This document shows, one piece after another, positions 21,701 to 30,700 of a DNA stretch of 33,722 bases (position 1 is its first letter; each line of letters starts with the position of its first letter). Location: contig NIVC01004838.1 of NCBI GenBank assembly GCA_002269645.1, forward strand, positions 1 to 33,722, in the 5' to 3' direction. This DNA is from Macrostomum lignano (lineage: Eukaryota). A program made the position numbers and the translations under genes. The notes beneath the pieces are model-generated. The model searched no databases, was not told where the DNA came from, and saw nothing but the letters and a program-made list of their open reading frames with translations.

Positions 21701-24700
21701 GGGGGGTCGAACAATGCATGGTGTCAAGATATCAGTTGAACAAAGTTGCATTCAGGTAACATCGAGTTTGTAAGCTACAGTATAATATCGGATATATTTT
21801 ACCATTACCTGTAATTCTCATAATAGTTTACTTAATAACCATTAAATACCTGAAAATCGTATAACCTTATAGAAAAATTTGAAGAGGTTCGCACGTTTCC
21901 ATATCTGATTCGCCGAGTCCCTGCCATTGTGATGAGAAACGCCACCAGAGATCAAGTTTTGACGCTGCAGGCTCGGCTGAGGAGGACGGGGATCAAGCTG
22001 TGGCTGACAGAGCACTACGAACACGCTGACATACTCAATAATGTATGCTTGCTAGATTGTACGAAGAATTATTTAATAAGTGGTTTTGTTTTTTTTAAAG
22101 ATAGCGATACTGCTAAATTTTAACTTTGAAATAAAAGTCGTCCTTTTGCCTTTTTTTCAATTTTGCAGTTGCGCTGGGAAATCTCACTCGAAGGCAACGG
22201 CTCCTCCGTTGTCGCTACTGACTGCTCAATCCGCTTAGGTGACTCGGTCACCCAGACAAATCTAGCCGTTATGCAGGTGATCATCAACAACACAATCTCT
22301 GCTATCACCGATGACTACCTGCTAGTTAAGCTGTCCTGGACTCAGACGAGACTCAACATCAGCATCAGCGATGCACTCTTAGTCGATCTGTTTGTAACTA
22401 ACGCTAGTCACGCGGTTGACGTGAAAACTGTCGGCTACACGACTCTGGGGAGCGGCTCGGACGGCACCAGGGCGCACGTTCTGTTCGACATACCGAGTGA
22501 GTGTCGTTTTTGTAAAAAAAAATTTAAAGCAAAACTCTAAAGTTGCAAAAAGTATTACCTTAATCCTTACTTTCTAATTGATGGTATCAGCCAGTTTTCA
22601 ACTGCCTAGAGTGCTACACTTTGTGTTTTTATAGACGATCGACAACTCGGAATGTGGGCGCCTGGAAATATTAACTCTTATTGTGACTTCAGGGAGTACA
22701 TTCAGGTGAATTTTAACAGTTTTTTCTTCCTAAAACTTTGAGGTGAATGTCATTTTGTAGACTCTTCTGCATCGATTTACTTTTTAGGCAACCTTCTCCG
22801 AAATGGTCAATGTGTTTGTCATGGCTGTTCAACCAGGAACAGATCGAGCTGGGACTGATCCATCGTACTTTCAAATCAACTACGATTTGTATGTCTATTA
22901 CTCTACAGACGGCATCTCCTACTCACCGTACAGTCCGGTGGTGAGTTTAATGGGTCGATTCGTGCTAAAAAAGAAGTGTACATCTCCCTGTATCGAAAGT
23001 AGAGCATTGGATGAGTTTTTGGACCTAGGAAGGCATCAAAAGCAATTGAAATTACTCACAGGTCGAAGGCGATAAGAATCGATGAGATTTTTTGATAGAA
23101 AAGGTGGCAAGAGTTTCACAGTAAAAAACTACAATATAAAATCATTGGGTCAAATTTTATATCGTAATTTTTAAATTACTTGTTAACTGTTAACTGGGTC
23201 TGAACTGAGAGGGTCGGGAAGAGCTGGTGTGTACGTTTTTCTGTACAGACTTAAAAATTATTTAAGTCTGTACTTAAGGTCTGTTCTGTACAGAACAATA
23301 ATTTAAAACTTTATTGTTCTGTACAGAATAAAAATTTATTTAAAAGACTTTTTTATTGATCACTTCTAGGCATGAGCTAATCAAGGACTAATTAAGTAAA
23401 ATACGTTACTTTACTTCGCCCTTGTAGCTAATACGCTAGTTACGAATATAAAATTAAAATGCATGACCTGAAGGAGTGCCAAAGGCTATAAAAGATTTTC
23501 CACAGTAAGAATGTGATGTCACACATTTGACATGCAATGCAGATTCAAAAAGCCGGAGCAAAGCCACGGTTTGCTTCGTTCGTCAGCTTCATACCAGAGC
23601 TGGTTGCTAGGAGCTTCAGGCTGCATCGAGGCGGATACAGAAACCGATGGGAATCCCGCTGGATGCTGTATGGCTGTCTTTCAGGTGAGAGAAATTTAGG
23701 AGTTTAGGAGTGGTGATCAGTCACTCGAAAACCCCCACTTCCAGATCGCAAGTCTGGGAACAGAATTTAGTGATTACTTACTATCGCGGGCTCCTCTTCT
23801 TTGTCGGGCAGGTCCGTAGAGCTCGTCTTCTCAATGTAGTCTTCCTTCGGAGTTTCTTGAATTCTGAAGTCGGCCGAGTATGAGCACTTTAATGAACGTA
23901 ACAATTCAATCCGTCGACGTCAATGTATTCTTCGGAAGAATCAGTGATAAAAATCAGAGATTTGCCCTAGTAATAAAGTCAACTCTGTAACAATAACGAG
24001 GTCCTCCAAAAAGGCGTCTTCTTCTAGAACTAGCAGACAGAATCAGAGTCGTGTGCCCTTATCTGTTACTCTAGGGTACCAAAATCAATCCATCGTATTA
24101 AAATCGTTCCTCAGATCCTATCCAATCCCTTAAAAATAGGGAGGCCTCAAGTTCAATAACTCAATGAAAATCAACTAAACGATAACGGCCGGCAATAAGA
24201 CAACTCTCAATAATCAGATATCAAAGAGTTCGACAAAGGCTTACCAATTGGTTTACTTCTCCCTGGGAGATGTAGCCTCGTTTGGCTGCTCTAACAAAGC
24301 TCAAGATCTCTTGAGGCCGCTCCGAGTCTGAGATTTCAGCTCGGATCTTTCGCTTGTACTCATATTTATACACAAATTTTTCAAAATATAGATAGTAACA
24401 TGATTCATCTTCTCATTATATATAGAGTAACATGATTCATAGTTTAATTATTTCTGCGCATGTTTGCATTTACTCTACTTACAGTAGCATTCTATGAATG
24501 CATGATACTCTAAAAATTTATCAGCGGAATAAAACATAACAACATATATGCGCTCATAAATAGACACAGAGAACTTTGGACACCCTGGATTAGCGCCTTC
24601 GGAGACATCGTCCTACAACCAGCACTGACTCCTGAGCAATACAAGCGCTAATACTGTACGCAGGCACGCACTCATGCTCGCAGCTCGCACAGGGTGTACA

Positions 24701-27700
24701 GCGGTCCTGACTTTCTAACTATCAGACATGTGCACTCTCTGTGTCTGGGGGGGGGGGTGGGGTTGGCCGTCCACAACCCCGCGTCAGTTTTCATGGACTA
24801 GATCCAGAAAGTGGCCGCGCACGGAATGGAACCAGGGTTTAGTGGGACGAAAATCAGACTCGTTTTAAACTGAGCTACTCTGCTAAAAATAAAAGGGGGT
24901 TGTAGCCTAGTGTTATAGAGCGTCGGACTCCCAGCTGAAAGGTCGGGGGTTCGATTCTCGAACCACTCGAAGCGATTTGTGTCCTTGAACAAAACGCTAA
25001 ACTCTGCATTGCTTCAGTTCACCCAGCTGTAAAATGGGTGCCAGCATTAGCTGGGGTATGTGTGGAGGGTGTATGTGGCGACCCCCAGTCCTTGGACTGA
25101 ACAGCCGTACGCAACCTTCTATGCGCCGCGCAATAGCTGCGGCTGAGCTGTCGGTTGTACATCTGGCCAATAAGGCAGGTGTAATTTATTATCATTACTA
25201 TCAAAAATATAGGATAATCTGGCTCTTAACTTTGATTTCCTCAAGTGATACAATTGCAATTTCTTGTTTGAGCTTGTGAAACGAGCTTTTAAAAGGTAAT
25301 GTATTTGCTATTTCTCGCTAAAATCGATTACAGACCGAACAGTCTACAATCCGCCGGCCCTACAAATACACCGATATCGCCAAGTGATTGCCAGCAACAC
25401 AGCAGCAGCGGGACGAATCAATGATGGCGAGAGAAATGGTGCATACGATCGTAAAATTTGGAGCGACTCTGGTAGCCTACCATGGATTGCCATCGACTTT
25501 GAGGCCCTGTGCTATGTTGAATTTGTTCTTGTTTGGCCGTACCACGCCAGTGTCGCAAGTTAGTACTTAAGTTACTGTTAATGTCATGAACAACTCACAC
25601 TTTTGTTAAACTGAAATAAATAAAAGTTATAATCAAAAGTAAATCATACTTTAACTATTAGGGTCACAATTCTTGGCTTAGAGACTACTCTGCCAGGGCT
25701 AATACTAGCAGAAAGATAAACAATAGCTTGTAACAGAGCTGAAAGAGGACTCAATATGTGAGCACCGACTGAAGGCGGGCAGCAATTGGGTTGCCAAACT
25801 TCATTGTACCATGAAGGTGATGCGCAACACATGCAAAAATGAGTAATTTAAGCTAATTTCGTTTCAATATTTCGATGGTAATTTTAGACGATGTTTCCCG
25901 AGAGCCAAACGTAAACGTGGCCATCTTTATCAGCAACCAATCAAGGCATTCGCTTACAGATCGAATTAATGTAGCGGAAAACCTTCACGAAGTAATGAAG
26001 CATCCTTGGAGAAGCAACATTGGACAAGTATGGGCTTTGAATTGTTGTTTTGTACCTCATTTTACAGGAAGTTGCAGGTAATTTGAGGCTAACATATCAT
26101 GCTATATATTTTGCATTCAGTTGGCAAGGCTAGTCGGTGTTGCGAAGATAGCAGCTTGTGTACCGGCCTGCTCTCTAAAGATTGCCGAGTTGGAAGTCTA
26201 CGGATCGCTTCTTGGTAAGTTTGGCTACGAGCTAAAAATCGTAAATAATTGGGTCAAGGTATGTGGTATGAATTTATTAACAACTGCATCGATTGTATTT
26301 CCAGAATCCACAGAGGCTGATTATCTTCCCAAAGCCTATGACGTAGCCACCGGTCTTGGCACACGATATCCATCAACTGGAATTACTCACAATGGAAATT
26401 CATTTTATGACTACTGCTCGGATGCTTACTCAGTGCCGATTGAATTTCCCGGTGACGAGAGCTTTCATGAGAGCTTTTTAAATAGCAATTTGTATATTTA
26501 CTTGCCGCAAGCATTCGTACTGACCGGTGCACTGGCGAGAGGGAGCTATCAGTGGTACGGTCATTACGGCTGGCATTATCTGCGTGGCAGATGCCGCAGC
26601 ATGCGACTGCAGTACAGCCCGGATAGCAACAGAAATCGTCTGGAGTATTTCGTTAACGTACTGGAAAAGGGCACCGTAAGCATGCTTCATGGGTAAAATA
26701 AGGTAGAATGTGACCCGAGAAGCACACAAGGAAAATTAATTGAATAAAGTAAAACAAAACGGCTAAATTAAAAAATACTTGTTCAATTGAAAAAAAGTCA
26801 AATTTAGAAAGAAAATTGATTGATTAATTGTAAAGATAACCTTCCCAACAACGCTAGCAGACAAAAAGACATAATACTATTGTCTCTTGGCTTAGTGGAA
26901 CGAGGGACTGTTGCAAAGAACAGTTTACTCTTATGTTATGCGTTATTTACCGTAGACGAATCTTAAATTTTAAACCTATAACGATTTTTTCCTTTCTGCT
27001 CTTTCAAGAAAACTTAAATGAACATCTTACGCTTTAAGACTGCCTGATTGTCATTTTTTTAAATAAGTTCTTATAGAGGATTAGGAAAAATTTTATTTTT
27101 AGTATATGGATTGGGACTGGGAATTCACATTAGGATTTCCCGTCCAAGACTTGGCAGCTATATTAATAGCTTATATTACTAATTAGATTAGAACTATACT
27201 AGCTCGTAAAATCGGTGAACAATAGAAGCGTTAGTGCAAATACTGCATGATTTGATTAAATTGAAATTATATGCACGTAGCTGGCTTTTTTATATAAATA
27301 GTCAAGCAAACCGAAGAGTCGCTACAGATGTTAAACGTCCGAACGCTAAGTAGAAGCACGGGTAATTTTTTTCAGATAACACTCGATGCAACATACGACG
27401 ACGTTAACGTTATGCGAGTCAATTTTCAGCGCTCTATTCTGGCGAAGTTGCTCAAAATACACCTTTATAACTGCTGCTACTATAGGCAAATCAAGCTAGA
27501 CTTAGTAGGCTATCCTCAAGATCCAAGTGAGTTAAAATGGAAAGCCCAAGGTCTTTGTGTCAAGGTATCTTACGACAACAAAGACGCCCTCCCAAATAAT
27601 TTCTATTGCAGATGCAACCGAAATCGCTGACATAGGAAAAGCTATGACCGAGACAAACTCAATGCGCATCAGCTTCCGCTCCTTCTTCCACGTGAACAGA

Positions 27701-30700
27701 ATCGTGGTGAACAGGACTGCGGCTTCTTATCTGAGCTTCTACGTCTCTTATAGTGACATTGCAGGCGAGCCAGACTCGGTACTGACTGTGCGCAGCACAA
27801 AGTGGCTGGTGAGTTGATGATTGCTAATTTATTTTTACTGATCATATTGTGTACTCGTATTAATAATATGGAAAACAAAGTGTGTCAGTTCGGTGCATCA
27901 ATTATAGTAGTCCCAGCTAAGAGGGTTGAAGTGTAATAAACACAACGATCCAGTCCACTTCAGGGCACTGGAGGAAAAATACGCCCGTATACTAAACACG
28001 CCGCCTTGGAGAGGAGCAAATTTACTTACTACTGGCGGGTTAGGCCGCGAGGCTCCTATTGCAACCCCTGAGGTAGAAGAAGCCAAGGCCTAATCTTGGG
28101 GGCGCACCCAGCCCCCGCCAGTAAATGGCATGTTTGCAGGGGAGGAATCGGCAATCTTCATCAGGCCTGTCTCTGACGAAGGGGCGAAAATCACGGATGT
28201 TGTCTAGGGTGGTCAGCCAGTCCATCCGCTGGGGGTAGCCGAGATGCTTGTGCCGCGCCTTATTGAAGTAAGGGCAGTGAGGGTGTCGTGATGCTCCTTG
28301 GTCTCCTCTCCTATACCATACAAAAGACAGAACGGAGGGCAACCGATTTGCAACGAGATATGTCTCTGAAAGTGTTGTACTTTTCGTAGTAACGAAGACG
28401 AATGCAAGGTGCCGAGTTAGGAAGAGATCGTAGATGCATGCAGCGCGTATATTTTCCAGCAGCGAAGTAGCTGGCTGCTATACTTAAAATATGAATAAGG
28501 CTTCGCCCATAAACCATAGAACTTAAGTTCATACACAACACCCCCACATTTTAGCAATTAACCTGGAGAGAAATAAATGACTGTTTTCTATTTTGTCTAA
28601 CGATCAAATAAATCAGGAATAGGTCAGCCGATCAGGGGCTTTTCGGAGCCTCTGACTTCGACGAGAAACTTGGTACTCGGGACTTTGATCGCTGGTTGTC
28701 TCCACTTCAGCAGGAGTCGCAGTCTCCATTTCCTTCTCCTTGCTGCTGCCAACATGGGCAGGTCTAGGCGAGGTAATCTCTTGTGAGTTCTCTGTAGACC
28801 TTGGCGTTGCATCAGATGCATGGACAACCCGTCCTTTGCTTTCCAAATAGGTATTTGATCCATGAAGTCCTTGGATTTCTTCTGGGACCTTGTCTGACTT
28901 TCCTTCTACGTTGATGTAGACAGGAATTGGGGTAGTTAGCGGTTTGTCCCATTCTGTAAAGGTTGCAGTGAGGCGCGTTCTTGGGCGTCGCATAAACAGT
29001 TGTGCAGCAGGAATCGCTCCTTCGGAATTCGGTGTAGTGTTCTTCGAAAGGCAGAATGATATCAACACCTTCTCACATTCGGAACCTATGTCATTACTGT
29101 TCTGCTTCAGAGTCGCATTCAACTCTTGGATAGCTCTTTCCACAATCCCATTTGACTGGTGATGACCAGGTGGTGTTAGGACATGGTTAATTAGATTCTT
29201 CTTGAGAAATTCTGCGAACTCTTTTGATCGAAAATTGGTTTCATTGTCAGTCACAATGCACGTTGGAAGTCCCATGTACTTAAATGTTCGTCTGCATGCT
29301 GGAATAAGAGAGTTGGCTGTGAGATTTGACAGCTGATGTACATCAATCCACCGAGAGAAGGAGTCGATGAGAACCAAGAAGTGTTTCTCCTTGAAATATG
29401 CTATGTCCAGATGAACACGTTCGAAGAAAAACTTTGCATCCTCCCATGAATGCAGATTTGCATTTGTTCGCTTTCTCGAATTTAGTTGGCAGGAAGGACA
29501 CCTTTGAACGAAGCTATTGATCTGGGCGTCAATGTAAGGCCACCAGAAGTACTCTCGAGCTAGTCTGATCATGCGCACAATGCCCGGATGATTCTCGTGA
29601 AGAATTTGAAGAATTTCTCTGCGCATGGACTTTGGAGGCACGATTCGGATCCCTTTGAACAGAATCCCGTTTTGAATGGAGTATTCCGCCTTGGATTTGG
29701 TGTACGGAAGCAGCTGTTTAGAAATGTAGCTTGGCCAACCTTGAGTAACAAACTTCTTGATGGTATCAATTTCAGGGTCTCTGGTGTTGGCGACACGCCG
29801 AAGAATTGTCCCAGAAGAAGAAAATTCTACGAGAGAGTTTACCTCCAGCAGATTGACATCAAAATTTGAAAACGAAGTAGAAGCGTTTGTTGAAGGAATT
29901 CTGGACAGAGTATCTGCTGCGAGCATGGTGTCTCCTTTTGAGTAAGTGACAGTGTAGTCATAGGATCTGAGCAGCAATGCCCATCTCTGGAGTCTCGCAG
30001 AAACTCGGTCAGGAACTTTCGTTGTAGAGAAGATGTACTGCAAAGGTCTGTGATCAGAGATGATTGTAAAATGACGGCCTGCCAGAAATTGATGAAAATA
30101 TTTTACACCCTCGATAATTGCAAGAGCCTCCCGCGCAATGTTGGCGTAGTTGGCCTCAGCCTTGGTCAAAACTCTGCTTCCCAGCCATACAACTTCTTTT
30201 TGGTTCGTGTCGTGGGACAGCACAAATCCGACTCCACTCTGAGAAGCGTCGCAGGTTAGAAACAACGGCCTTTTTATATCATAAGAAACGATTCGACCTT
30301 CCGTTACAGCAGCTTTCAGTTGGGAGAACGCACTTGAGTGAACGACAGTCCATTTCCACTGAACCCCTTTCTTTAGGAGGTAATAGAGCGGCTTGGCGAT
30401 CAAAGAAAAGTTCCGACAAAAAATCCCGTAGTGTCTTAAGGTGCATATAGCACTTCTCAATTGATCCCGGTCTTTTGGCTCTGACAAGTTGGATAGAGCT
30501 TCCACTCTTGCAGGATCAGGCAAAAGTTTCCCATCTCGGAGGAGAAATCCCAGAAATGTGACTTCTTTCTTGCACTCCTGAGTCTTACGCTCATTGATCT
30601 TGAATCCATGCTTTTTCAGTTTTTCCTTGACTTGCACCAGGATCTGTCGATGCTACTCCACTATTTCAGTGCCTAGAATGATGTCGTCCTGATAAGAAGC

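Noticed and set aside
23700-24590. About 0.9 kb of atypical intronic sequence containing a 17-nt SINE-head-like match (gggagatgtagcctcgt, about 24264-24280)
   Set aside because: No ORF, terminal repeats or TSD could be identified. It may be a solo LTR or other repeat, but this cannot be supported from this window.
24896-24970. tRNA gene at the SINE heads (also 17380-17453)
   Set aside because: The tRNA-like part runs directly into a shared non-tRNA body and tail in both copies, and the stems are degenerate.
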